Counted from the first letter of the stretch, positions 47,401-58,545 are shown. The stretch is 64,000 nt of DNA from Amoebophrya sp. A120 (GCA_905178155.1 CAJINV010000004.1:9355360-9419359), one strand, 5' to 3'. Made by a program: numbers and translations. Notes: generated from the sequence alone by a model not told the origin.

Positions 47401-48372
47401 AAGAAGAAAAGCGAAAAGGCGGCAGCGGTGGCGGAGCCTGTTCACGTATGGCATGGTGGGAAGCAAATAGCCACGGTGGAGCGTTTTGTGTACTTGGGCA
47501 CAGAAATCGACCGGAATGCAACGACTACGTCCGAAACGAAAAGGCGATGCGCGATGGCGCTGAGCACAGTTAAGTCGTTGACAAAAATCTGGCGCGACAA
47601 AGAAGTACCGAAACACCTCAAGGCAGGGCTCTACCGCGCGTTGTCGCTAAGCGTCGCCCTGTACAACGCCGAAACCTGGGCGACTTCGGAAGAAGACGAG
47701 AAGATCCTTCGGAGCTTTCAGACCCAGGCGCTGCGCCACATCCTCGGTTATTGGGATTGGCAGGGCGCGCCTTCCCGCGACCAGATGTGCCGCATGCTTG
47801 GGGTCCAGGCTATCGAAGTAGAGCTTCGGGAAAAACGGATATCCTGGATCGCACACACAGCACGGGACACAACCGGGGAGGGTTCTTTGTCCCGTGTCAG
47901 GACAGAAATCCAGGAAAAAACGCCATGGGGCCGCAAAGCCGCAGAAGACCTCGAGTTTTACAACTTCAGCCTCGACGACTTGGTGGCACAAAAGCCAACG
48001 GGCGCGGCCACAAGGGAAACGCTGACACGGCGACGGCCCTACGCCACTGGGAGAAGGGAGCAAAAGAAGAAAGGGCCCGAGCGGGGAAAGCGGTCGAAAA
48101 AGGCGGAGAAAATGCTTGAGGAGAGGCGCCTTCGGCTCGAACAACAGAAAGCTGAACAAGCTGAAGCTGCTGCAGCTCTTGTAGAAAAACTTTCAGGAAA
48201 AAAGTGGAGAGCTTCAACGAGTAGGCCGGGGCAGTGGGAGGTGGAAGGGGACCCAGAGGTGGCTTTCGAAGTCAGTGACGTCTATTTCTGCGAAAACTCA
48301 GGAAAGGAAGAAATGAACGTAGCAGGGGTGTGGTTCGTACGGGAAAACGACGGAACTTTTGTGTTGCGATAG
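44476..48372 (+). CDS. ORF2: APE-like endonuclease plus reverse transcriptase, 1298 aa
   Basis: EN motifs VGTFNVRTL, LATQE, GDFNA, YDHIL and SDHRLV. RT motifs NYRPIALL, FADFLKAFDSL, GIRQGSSLSPLIF, FVDDL and FVYLG. Confidence 0.97.
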   Translation: MSAQALAPAAGRNPAAGDSRLHAGREEPARERRRVRVLKSLRVGTFNVRTLGVQEDDGTRTVERECLLRDARERKLDVLATQESRVTEWINGEKLDEYVLYGGGAWKNAAGAAVGGVLFLIRSSLEVVGYEDEQWGRHARISLRTPQGQRVHVHGCYAPTNAADRETKDLFWNRVAQKVAAHSSRDVVVAVGDFNAEFTGGPQWELIEAGLPFTVGPCGLTSKFAHESDNATRLQSFAAEAELVDVSSMCKKPWSRRFTFQGEWKGARNKREYDHILISWKHRARAHGFRVHGDTNTFSDHRLVVVEIAMWIAKKEKAPTTGAAWVRTKQAAEQVSRELEKVYNIEATPHAIETGDRSTDQWWGEFEEVLVATIDKLSRKAATKKGPRKPWISTATWEKIEERKRLMTKEGRTNKLRRSRLGRVIRMCIKEDKKAWVVDKLEELRRADNAGNSREVFEVVRQLAGKSRKPAQELPGSPEIWTSFWGQILGEPRPEPPEETKSTKSYAKCTEALAEDDKPAWCHGLEGVPSESEVVEALRGLKAGKAYAGAAPAELIRDCALARAVVVSLVRRVFRGEEVPEAWGRAVLAMLHKKGDKSQAKNYRPIALLTFGEKLLGLIILKRIEKEAAATIDKRQKGCTRGLSCRHGVFQILRDMEKCKREGRRAYLIFADFLKAFDSLGWDVMHKILKHQGLPEYIGRVVRSMYDSNAKICIRLARDRWTKDIKQRAGIRQGSSLSPLIFAIVLDFAITQFARVMEAEKKWSLAQARGMAMSLLGFVDDLVVKANDEEDAQFAVRELAGACRFVGLELNPDKGKTEVMVVNQQSRERKNEFAMTERCMISEEEGVKAVHGFLVEWDGIDLVREYRAAAAAVSTKLMGDLVPTHLAVWDNGLLNIIKMKASGWATLDNGRAMRITRLGRREYILEKHNQHRCPRCGDVLEDATALKYHLATGFCRKDKTIQEQRTLRVARQVEGKKKSEKAAAVAEPVHVWHGGKQIATVERFVYLGTEIDRNATTTSETKRRCAMALSTVKSLTKIWRDKEVPKHLKAGLYRALSLSVALYNAETWATSEEDEKILRSFQTQALRHILGYWDWQGAPSRDQMCRMLGVQAIEVELREKRISWIAHTARDTTGEGSLSRVRTEIQEKTPWGRKAAEDLEFYNFSLDDLVAQKPTGAATRETLTRRRPYATGRREQKKKGPERGKRSKKAEKMLEERRLRLEQQKAEQAEAAAALVEKLSGKKWRASTSRPGQWEVEGDPEVAFEVSDVYFCENSGKEEMNVAGVWFVRENDGTFVLR

Positions 48373-49146
48373 ACGAGCCTTACACCCCTGGAAGGAAAAG
48401 AAGATGATAGTAGTGCACGCACATCCACGATTCAATCGATTAATTTCAGAGCGGTTAACTGAAACAGGATAATGCGTCGAACTGAACTGAACTGAACTTT
48501 GTGAGAAAGAAGGAGAAGGATGTCCTCAGAGATACAGAAGAACATGAATCGCAAGAGTAACGAGAACGAACCTAACGCAAATCGAAATCCCCAACTGAAT
48601 TACACGAGCATGAACCTGTTTTCTCGACGTAGCAGCTTCAAGAGCATGCGTGAGATAAAGTAAAAGCATATGTGTTAATACGACCTATCACCAGACGCCA
48701 GCAGGCGCTTCGTCACGTTCGTATTTTCTCGTGAATCTGCTTCTTCCTTGGGTCGATCGTCTTCATCATCGTGGGTCGTAGCTTTCATCGATCTATCGTT
48801 GTCGTAATATAGTCGTAACTTTTCTTCTTCTTGGACGAAGAACAGTCAGCCAGATCGATAGCATGGTGAGGTTCTTGATGTCGTGGTCGTATCTAAAATG
48901 TTGTTGTATTGCTATTGGCGACAAAAGAAAATGAAAAATTTTGATGGTGCTTCGATTCAAGTTTTCTTTTTCATTTCTGCAAGGGCTCCTAGCAATTCCT
49001 GGTCCTACTGTGAAACAGAAATGTGTCCGTCAAGGCAAATAGGGAAGGAGTTGTAGACCACCGATATTGCATTTTCTGTTTCATCAGCCGGGGGATCTAT
49101 ACTTGGTCTGCATCTTTTAGGTCGAAGTACTGCACCAAGTGAGAAA

Positions 49147-50352
49147 ATGTCGTTCTGCAGTTCTTGTCCATGCTTCGCCAGCAGCGAAGGAGACGACGAG
49201 AACACCTCCGCCACGGATTTAAAGCAAGTTGTCGTCGATAAGAAAAAAAAGAAGACAACATCTCAGAACCGCAAAAAGTCGACCGACAGTGCAGGAGATG
49301 CCGACCAGTCGGAAGCCGCGCCGCTATTGAAGAACGACAGCAAGAAACGGGACAGCAAGGGGACCACGACGTCGTCGACCAAGGGGGAAGGCAAGAATAA
49401 ACGGTCCTCCAGACCATCAAAAGGCAAGGGCAAGGACCAGCCCCCCGATGAAGAACCAGAGGACATCAACGACGAGAGCAACGCAGACACGACAAAAAGA
49501 GCCTCTCGCACTTCGTCTTCCGCCAAAACAGCTACACGGTCGTCGAAGAACGACCGCAGGAGCAGCAGAAAGAAATCGCAAGACGAAGCGGAGTATCAAA
49601 TGCAAAAATGTCTGGGTCTGGAAACTTGTGATGCTGGGTGGCGTATCATGGGGAGGCCACAAGTGCTGGGTCAGCATGACAAGTTTCTGAGCTTCTAGGT
49701 GTTGCCTACCCTGCATGACAGACTGCGTTTCTGCATGACAGATCAATGGGGCCCTTAGGTAACGTGCATGACAGATTTAAGAGCCATGCCAGACATGCAT
49801 GACAAACATGCACTCTTCCAGACCCAGACATATTTGCAATCCATACGGAGTACTATGGTGCAACAGAAGAACAGGGAGAGCAAAACGGCAGCGCGGGCAC
49901 TACTTCTGCGAAGTTGACGAAACACGAAGGATCTTTTTCCGGAAATGACGAGGAAGGCTGGGACAAGGAGGGGCACGACAAGGAGTACAGTGCGGAGAAC
50001 AAGAAGGGCGACGAGGATGACTGGGAGGAAGAAGATGATGAATCCTGGCCGGCCTGGACCCTGCGTTATCCAATGTCAAATCTTAATCTAAATCTTTTTC
50101 ACCACCACGAGTACGGCCCTCAATTTGTAAGAATGCAGATTTTCAATGCTCTGTCTATCACCACCTAAGCCTAGTAAGGCTAACATGTGCGCATTACAAA
50201 TTGAGGGTGGACATCGAGGAGACCAACATGGTGGTGATTTTACACTGCATATGCGGCGGCAAGCCACCTTGGCACGGGACAAGAGCCTGAAAAAGATAAA
50301 GCGGCAGGAGACGGCTTTGCAAAACGCGTTCGCGAAAATTATGGAGGACTAG
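49147..50352 (+). CDS. Hypothetical charged protein (~252 aa) with a Cys-rich N-terminus
   Basis: Exons 49147-49593, 49851-50066 and 50257-50352 join in frame after removal of two introners; starts MSFCSSCPC. Confidence 0.75.
49594..49845. mobile_element. Introner, family A2, DR CGGAG
   Basis: TATCAAATGCAAAAATGTCTGGGTCTGGAA...TTCCAGACCCAGACATATTTGCAATCCATA. Frame restored. Confidence 0.93.
50067..50251. mobile_element. Introner, family H (diverged TIR), DR TGCGT/TGCGG
   Basis: TATCCAATGTCAAATC...GATTTTACACTGCATA; GCATTACAAA at 50191. Excision gives WTLR-RQATL in frame. Confidence 0.75.
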
Positions 50353-51471
50353 TACAACTAGAAGATAGAGATACAGGAGTTACGTACTTCTACACAAAAT
50401 TAAAAGGTCACAGTAGCGATCGCTTTTTTACTTCTCGTGTATAACTATGATCGTCACGACTCTGTCTCCTGCGCTTATCGTACTTGGAGAAACGACGCTG
50501 ATAGCGCTGCCTGGGCGGATGCAGAGCGACACTAAGATCGCTTCACTGTTTCTTTGGTTTTTCGTATTTGCAGTAGCAGTAAGTTCTTCAATATGTTTGT
50601 TTACTTATTACCGAATTTGAGTTTGGCAAAACAAAATTATCGGCAGCTCCACCTTACTAAACTTATCTGAACGAAATGGAAATTAATCATCGGTAGCGTC
50701 TTTGCCTTCGGAGGAGGTGCGCCTTGTGATGGACGTGATTGATCACTCACAGCACTCAAATACAATATCATCTAAAATTGATTCTGTTTGACTTAGTTTC
50801 TTGTACTAGAGTTCTTGTTTGCGTTGATAGATCATTGGATGACCAGTGCCTGTGTACAGTTGGTTTTCATCGCTGGATGTTTATACGGATGAATATTGGA
50901 AAAATATATACGAAATAAAAAGCCGCCATTCCTTGTTGTAATGTATGGCAGAAAGAGCCATGCCCATCCGTATTGTTTCGTCGATTTTGTGGCCTTATTT
51001 GTCATCGTCTCACATAAAAAGCAATCGTTTTCTTGAAACTCGAACTCGTTGCTAGGACTCGTCTTGGTTTCTGTGTCCAAGACGGTTCCCTGTCGATCGT
51101 ATCATGCTCTGCTCCTGCTCGGGTCGTTGCTTATGTGTCAGAAGCTCTCCGTCGTAAAAAGGGTACTTATGTCGTGTCATTGTCGTCAGCATCATGCTCT
51201 TTGGCGTATCTGTTTGCGCACTTTCGCCATCAAATGACAGCACTCAGCACGACCGAAATATAATGAACTTGGGAGGTGGATCTTCCTGAGCACTTAGACC
51301 GATGAATGATATAATGGAAAATTACAGCTGCGAAGCTCGACAGTAGATGATGAAGATGAACAGCCCAGCACTTCGACAAACAAATAAAGCATGACGATGA
51401 AAAAGCGTATACTAAACACTCGCTTCTCGAGGTTTCATCAACCATGAACGCAAGATAAATAAACTGAAAGA

Positions 51472-54154
51472 ATGGTGTGTTGCGGTTGGTGTTGCGGTGA
51501 CGACACCGAGCTTCTAGTCGATGCCGATACCCCGGCGAAGGACCAATTGCGCCAGGTCGTCGTAGACCATTCGAAGGCGGCTGTAGTTGCGGTCGACGTC
51601 GACGACAGCACCACGGCATTGGAAAATGTCCCACTGATGGCAGCATCCACAGCTTTTGAGGAAGCAAGCGCAGCACAGGAAAATCTTACCCCCGACGATG
51701 TAGACCCAGGCGGTGTTCTTCCAGCAGCTCCCAAGAAAGAAGATCAAGAGCGCAAGTCAAAACTGATTCCACCCTTGACTTTTTTACCGACGCCCGCCAT
51801 CAAAAGCAGTATTCGGACCAGTGCAGGGTCGTCTGTTGCTGCTCCTAATGCAGCATCTCGAAGATCGTCTACCAACTCCAACACCACAACAGCATCGACC
51901 CAAATAAATCTCCAACCTTCCGGAGATCAGGCGCAGCGCAACAGTGCGGCGGCCCGTCGGCCTTCCGGGTCGAGTTTTCAGTTGAAGCCGCGGATTTCGG
52001 GGTTTAATTTTGTCGGAACTACGCAGAAAAAACCGCTGGGAGGTGAAGCCACCACAAGTACCTCAACGATCATCCCCCGGCCCAGTGAGGACGATGAAGA
52101 TGGTGCAGCTCCTGCTGGTGTTGATCCACGACCTCGAGGAACTACATCCTCAAATGCGGGCAGCAAAAAATCTTCCATAACGAGCTACTCGGAGCGAACT
52201 ACAGGTGGAACAGCTTCGCCACTTAATCTCTCACCCACCGGTGCGAAAAGAACGGTTACGCAAACGAAGTCGCAATTTTCCTTTGGTGAGGAGGGGGTGT
52301 ACGGCGAACTCCGCACGACAACCGATGAGCACCACGACAACAACGATCACGAGCAATTGCACGACGAAGTGCGGGAACAGATCGCGAACATCGATAAGGT
52401 TTTGAAACACGAGGAATCTACGTTGAACAGTCGCGACTTCCGCAGCCTGATTCGGCGCGAGGAGGAGGACCATTTACGCGGCCTGCCCTCGTTCGTCCAC
52501 AAAGCGAAAGCGGGGCTGAAAACCGCGGTGACTGGTCTGTCTGAAGTCGGCGACAGTAGTACAACGACCCGGGATGGTACTAGCTTAACCGACGCATCAT
52601 CAGTCGGAAGGAGGACCGGCGACGGGGAGAAAATGTTTCGCGACGCGGCGGAAGGTGTGAAACTGAAAAGTGAGGAAAGCGTTGTTCCACCCAGGAGTGC
52701 GAGTGCCAATAGCAGTGGTGGACGTTCTGGTCCGTCTCAGCAAACTACTACACAAGCATCTTCTATCCCAAGATTGTCCTCAAGGCCGGAAAGTGAAAGA
52801 GTTCCCTCGATCCCCAGCGCCGAAGATCGCTCGTTTATCAAATTTCCGTCCGCATTGCGGAATGTCAGCGGCGCTTCCGGATCCCGAGCTACGGGTGGTG
52901 TCCCGAGTGCGTTCAAGGACTACAGCTCGGCCGGGGATTCGATACTGCGCTCGGACGACAGTACTATGATCCCCTCCTCGGGAGTAGCTGCACCTGGTGC
53001 ACAGCCGACCAGCAGCGGGATGTCGTCCAATATCAGCAGTTATGCCTCGCAGAACAGTGTTGACTCGCGAATCACAGAACAAGTATCGCAGATGAACAAA
53101 GACAACAAACGGGGTGGAAACATCAATACGAATACGTCGAATAGGCCTAGCTCCTCGGCCGCCAGCATTCTCGACGACTCCCGCGTGACGGAGCAAACGC
53201 AGAACTATCATGCGCAAAATTGATATCTTCGTGCCCGTACTGATTGCACTCGTGCGTGACAGGTGTGTCTTTTTACTAGTCAGCGACATACTCTTGTTCG
53301 TTGATTCTGGAAAACGAAAAGCTTGTGGTGTAATTAGTACAAACTCACACGATATTATTTTTGAACTGCATAAGAACAAGCGAGGCACCACCACCACTGC
53401 GGCTACATTCACGTTCGGCACTACCGTTCTCTCCGCCCCAGGAACTGCAGCTGGACAAAGGGACAAGGAGGGGGGTGCGACGGTAGTACACGGTGTAAAA
53501 CAAGGAGAACTACACCCGGCAGGGCACACGCATACAGCTACCTTCGGGGATAGCGATGTTGAGGCTGCTGCTGAACAACAGCAAAACCGTCAAACCAATA
53601 ACAGTAAGTCGGAGATGAATTACGTGGAAGGCGAGCACCATCGGGAAAGGGATGGCTCAACATCAGGGTTCCAGTGGTCATCCTCCTCCTCATCCGCTTC
53701 GGGGAATGATTCTAGCAACGGGGTGGACGACGACGTGGCAGCTCCCGTGGGCGTCGTGAGGAACAAGGAAGCGTCGAATCGCAGGGCAACTCCTGATTTC
53801 GGTACAACCACGACTGCTTCGCCTGCTCTCATTCCGTCACCGTCGATACCAACCAGAACCATCGTCTCGACCAGCCCGAACAGCCGAAAACCCGGTGCAG
53901 TTGATGCGCAGGAACGACCCAGAAGTAGAGGAATGACAGCCCCGAAAGGTGTTAGCATTCCCAGTAATACCATCACATCTATCTCGCCCCACATGTCCGC
54001 GGCAGCGCGTCTAGCGGCACGGCGGTCGGCGGCTAGAGCGAAAGCGACTGCAGCTTCGGGCACTGGGAGAGGAGGTAATGTTCCTACTTCTTCATCTTCT
54101 ACCGGTGTGGTAGATCATGCTAAGAAGACGTCGGCGGGGGATGATGTTATGTAG
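51472..54154 (+). CDS. Hypothetical Ser/Thr-rich protein (~836 aa), N-terminus MVCCGWCCG
   Basis: Exons 51472-53205 and 53378-54154 join in frame after removal of one introner. Confidence 0.8.
53206..53372. mobile_element. Introner, family I, DR AGAAC
   Basis: TATCATGCGCAAAATTGATATC...GATATTATTTTTGAACTGCATA, with inner IR GTACTGATTGCAC/GTGTAATTAGTAC. Excision gives QTQN-KRGT. Confidence 0.85.
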
Positions 54155-55878
54155 GGAGCGGTCGGAGTGAACCTGAAAACCAGGAGCCTGTTACCTCCAA
54201 AATACACAGCTTCGAAATTGACTTCGTTTTAGGCTTTACAGAAACAATTGACATGAACTAATCACAGCTAACACTAACGTAAACTAATTTTTGGCTTGCT
54301 CCTTATTATACACAGTTTCTTGAAAATACACCTTCTGGTAGAAGTTGGCAGTTACTTGCTACAGAAGTTTGAAATTGAAAAATGCGGACTTGAAACCTTT
54401 CTTGACTGATTTGAAAACCTGTATCTGAAGTTGATATTGACAGCTATTTCGCTTCTCCTGAAAAATTTGCACATCGATCGATCGTCGCCGTGGTTACGAC
54501 CAGCACCAGCAGTCTTGCGGAGATCGAAATTCAAATTGACATCTACGTTTGGCTTTGGACAACTACTACTACATTGAAATCGAAAATTAGTTTTGGATGA
54601 TTGATGAAAAGATATGACACGGTGGAGCCATGGACATGGTCATGGACATCGTGTTGGTCGACTGCGCCTGCCACGTCATACGCAAGTACAACGGGTTTCG
54701 CTCCGGCATTGCTCAGTAAGTCGGCTCTATTTCGTTCTACTTGCTCTATCGTAGACTCGTTTTCGCGCTGCGTCATCGTTATTTCGATATTGTTGAGCTC
54801 TTATTTCGTGGGTAAAGCTTTCGTGTCTTTTCAGCAGCGGAGGGCTGGTCGAGCTCGAGGGTGACAACATAATCGTTCTTCACATTTCGTGAATCGTGGT
54901 CATCTTCACGTAGCGACGCTGGTTTTGTGTAAACGTGCTTGTCATAAACATCATCTCATCAATTTTCCTCTGCAGCAACACGACCACAGGCGTTTGGCCG
55001 ATTTAGTTTTTGATTCTGCTGCTGAAAGAGAAAATCGAAGAAAAAGACTGTAGTGTACGAATAGAAAACCGCAGTCAACTACAGGAACAATGGCCTCCGC
55101 CTTGATGATCTGCGGCGGTGGCGTGCTGACGCTGCTTTTTTTGAAATTCCTGGGCCAGTCAGTGAAGAAAAAGCGGAAAGCGACGGGTTCGAAGTACCAA
55201 GCAGGTGGCGGTGCTGCACGGGGGAAGAAAAAATGAACAGGAGGATATTGCTGTAGTTGCTGGCCGTCGTGAATTTCTCAAACAGAAGATAATTTTTCAA
55301 GAAAGCTAGTTATCGAGCTAGTCGTGTTAACCAGTATCGTCAGTCCGATCTCGAACAGGTAAAGCTCAAAAGTGTGGCTTTGATTTGACCCTTGTTCATC
55401 TCTTGATGACTTCGAGTGTCGTCTTAAAGTAAGATTGTTCTTCGAGTATCGGCGTACCCAGGCCACGACACTACCGAGGCGACGTCATGCATGTATACGA
55501 GTGCGATACTTTTGCAATTCATAGGGCAACAACCGTGGCGAAAAAAGCTTTAGTACAACAACATCGGTGTACTTACTATGGTGAGCTTCGGATTCGGTTA
55601 TATGTACAACTAGTCGGTATCATTTCAGTTGTCGTGCGCGCGGTGCCATCATATTTGACAATCTATGAAAATAAGCTATACCTAAAGCAAATACTAGGCA
55701 AATTAATATAACTCCCAGGCCGCTGCTCCTCGCATGAAGTGTTGCTAATACCAACATTATTTCTTGTTATCTTGAAGAACAACTAACTTACTTTTTCGCT
55801 TCTTCACCTGTACTTGAGTATTTACTTAATTTATCTTTCCATTATAAAGTGCAACTTCTATCGCGTGCTCGCATAATC

Positions 55879-57426
55879 ATGTTGCGCATCACAGGGCTCG
55901 CCGCGCTTCATTTTTTCAACGGCCTCTCAACAACATTTGGGGTCGGGATGAAGTTGTACGGCCAAGGCATTAGCACCTTCAAGGAGCCTACTTTCCTGCA
56001 GCAGGAAGAACAAGAAGCACAAGGTCAGCTACACATGCACCAGCGTCATGAGTTATTTCTTGCTGATCCTTCTACTCCTTCTTGCCCAGACCAAGCACCG
56101 AGAGTGTTCGTGTATGGCTTTCCGGATAAGGAGTTACTAAGTCACGGGACACGTGACATCGTTTGGCGGGAGGATGCGTACTGCGAAAGAGAATTCCCGT
56201 CTGGCTCGGCCGAGGAGCGCGATTGCGTCTTCGGTCCGGAGTTCTCCGTTAGGATCGACTCGCCGCCAGCCAACGTGACGCTCCGTGCCACTGACCAGTT
56301 TCGAAATGGCCGCATCTTCCAATCCCGCCTGGTGCGCTCGGCTTGCAAAGTCACAGATCCCATACGCGCCGATGTGTTTTTCGTGCCCATTTGGCGCGAG
56401 AATTACAAACCGAACCGCATCGAGTGCCCGACGGCAGACGAAGTTTTGGCTGCTCTTCCCTACTTGTCCGACGAAACGGCGAGCAAGCACTTTCTGATGT
56501 CTCCGCGTGTCGGGGGATTGTGGGACGACGTGTGCCCTTTTTGGAATAGCGAGAACCCGCTGCTCCAGAAAATCCGAAAGATGGCCCTGGAAGACACAGC
56601 CTGCGGCAAGTACGGAGGCCCTGGAAGAAACCGCCCGGAGCGTTCTATTCCGTATCCGACCCTTGGTGGCGGTTTGAGCAGTACGCAACTCGCCCACCTG
56701 TTTGCCGTCGCCGATAAAGCGCAGGAAACCGGCCGCGAGTTCCTGGTCATGGCCGCTCTGGGGAAACGCATTGGCATTGCCTCTGCGCGCGTGCGCGACG
56801 TTTGGAATCAACACTGCCACGACAGCGACCATTGTATTGCGGTGGACCCCACGGTGGAGGGCATGCTCCCTGGGTTGGTCCAAGCCATGATGAAGTCCAC
56901 CTTTTGCTTGCAGCCGGAAGGAGACACTCCGTCTCGCAAGGGGATGCTGGACAGCTTGGCGCTGGGATGCATACCGGTGCTTTCGCACCGGAAACAGCAC
57001 ACGCTGTGGCGGTGGCATCTGGGAGACCACGACTGGGAAGATTTCTCTGTGCTGGCGCCAGATTCCACGCAGGCGGCACACGCAACCACTAGGGGCCATA
57101 CATCCCCGGGGGAAAACCACCCAGCCGGCGAGGACGGGGGGCAAGAGCAAGACCAAGCAACTGTCGGCGAGGCAACATCCCAACGTTCGTGGTGCTGTGG
57201 CGATGGCGAGAAGAAATCCCCTCCAGCAGTGGCGCAGACGCTGATGGAAACTGGATCCGGCGTTAACAATATCGTAGAGTTCCTGAAGACCATCAACGCG
57301 ACCACGATCGCCAAACTGCAGGCCGGCGTGCGGAGTGCGCGGACGAAAATCATCACGCACTGGACCGACACCGACTTGAACGACGCAATTACGGTCACGC
57401 TGAAAGCCATACAGGATGGCAAATGA
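55879..57426 (+). CDS. Exostosin-family (GT47) glycosyltransferase; intronless
   Basis: PRVFVYGFP, ADVFFVP and MMKSTFCLQPEGDTPSRKGMLDSLALGCIPV (GT47 signature); hydrophobic N-terminus. Confidence 0.9.
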   Translation: MLRITGLAALHFFNGLSTTFGVGMKLYGQGISTFKEPTFLQQEEQEAQGQLHMHQRHELFLADPSTPSCPDQAPRVFVYGFPDKELLSHGTRDIVWREDAYCEREFPSGSAEERDCVFGPEFSVRIDSPPANVTLRATDQFRNGRIFQSRLVRSACKVTDPIRADVFFVPIWRENYKPNRIECPTADEVLAALPYLSDETASKHFLMSPRVGGLWDDVCPFWNSENPLLQKIRKMALEDTACGKYGGPGRNRPERSIPYPTLGGGLSSTQLAHLFAVADKAQETGREFLVMAALGKRIGIASARVRDVWNQHCHDSDHCIAVDPTVEGMLPGLVQAMMKSTFCLQPEGDTPSRKGMLDSLALGCIPVLSHRKQHTLWRWHLGDHDWEDFSVLAPDSTQAAHATTRGHTSPGENHPAGEDGGQEQDQATVGEATSQRSWCCGDGEKKSPPAVAQTLMETGSGVNNIVEFLKTINATTIAKLQAGVRSARTKIITHWTDTDLNDAITVTLKAIQDGK

Positions 57427-57771
57427 AGAGCAGAAAATGTTTTAAATGGCAAATACGGCTCATCAACATCATGATTGCGTTGCTGAGGATCTTAAGGCGT
57501 TGGATATCTATCACTGTCATCTGTTGGTTTTATTATTATTGACGCATTTTAATTTTTTTTTTCTCTTCTGTTGAGCACTTGCGCCTTCGATCCGAATTTT
57601 TTGCACACCATCTTCGGAGCAACTCCCGCCGCATCTAGATAGGCGCTAGCGCGCGAAGTTTTGCAAAAAGTGGGTCGCGCTGTCTCCGGGGGGCGTGCCC
57701 TGGTCTCACTATAATAAACTTAGCAGGGAAAGGATCCAATGCGCCGCATTCAAAAGGTTGGGACGAGCTTT

Positions 57772-57855
57772 GCCTTGCTTAGCTCGCCAAGGCGTAACGC
57801 TTGACCTGTGGAACTTCATTCAACGAGCGGAGTGGTTCGAGCCCACTCAAGCGTG
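57772..57855 (+). ncRNA. tRNA-like / Pol III element (possible tRNA-derived SINE head); not a canonical tRNA
   Basis: A-box-like TAGCTCGCCAAGG (57780); B-box GGTTCGAGCCC in the T-arm AGTGG-TTCGAGC-CCACT; 7-bp stem ACGCTTG/CAAGCGT; no clean anticodon arm. Confidence 0.45.
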
Positions 57856-58545
57856 ATTACTGCGCAATCAGTATGGGTCGGAGGTCAGAGCGTTAGTATT
57901 GCGAGCCTTAAGCGTGATCGCGTGGCCGATCCTTGACCTCCAGGCCAAAGAATAGGACAAACAAGTCCCGGCTCCTGTGTGCGTGCTGGTAGTTCCGCCC
58001 TGTTCCTCGGAATGTGCGAAACATGCCAGCCCCCGAATGAAGCAAGGCCCAATGATCCCGAGCGAGGGCTTTCCACACTTGAATGACGAAAAAACCTGGC
58101 CTCAGTCAACGACGTTACCACTAGGGTATCAGGGCAGGCTATTCCTGCCGCGCGTTGGAGGAGGGAGCTGTCCCGAGCCCCGCTCGAACTAATGCTAATC
58201 ATCATTGTTCTTTTGTTCGGTGATTTTTCATCTTCTGGAAAACCAACAAAGCGATTGAGATTCGATGACGACGAGAGCAGGCTTGATGTAGAGTGTGGTC
58301 TTGTGAATGTTGTTGCACGTGAACCTTCGGAGAACTTGGATTTTTGGTTTTCGTCGTGGTCCTTGTCGTGCAGAGATAGCAGAGCTGCATCCTTGTACTA
58401 GTTGAAGTTGTCACGGTTTGATTCACTCACGACTGAGAGAAGCCAGCACTCAAGTAGTGTCGATGCTCCTCTGCTAGGACCAGGACGGCGAGAAGTGATG
58501 TCTGAGTAAGATATTAATCAGACGAATCATCGCCCTTTCTTCAAG

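Larger units (their letters stand above)
41823..48495 (+). mobile_element. Non-LTR (APE-RT) retrotransposon insertion, ~6.7 kb, apparently recent
   Basis: 14-bp TSD ACTTTGTGAGAAAG at 41809-41822 and 48496-48509; (GAACT)n 3' tail at ~48479-48498; two uninterrupted ORFs. Confidence 0.9.

Noticed and set aside
44476-48372. LINE RT as the mobiliser of the introners
   Set aside because: The introners have TIRs, fixed 5-bp DRs, no tails and both orientations, which points to DNA transposition rather than target-primed reverse transcription.
36435-57360. Long minus-strand ORFs (36435-37571, 39180-40091, 46180-47028, 56137-57360)
   Set aside because: They are antisense shadows of well-supported + strand genes and carry no motifs of their own.
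57772-57855. Functional tRNA-His (CTGTGGA loop)
   Set aside because: The anticodon and acceptor stems do not pair in a cloverleaf that includes the A-box; kept only as tRNA-like.
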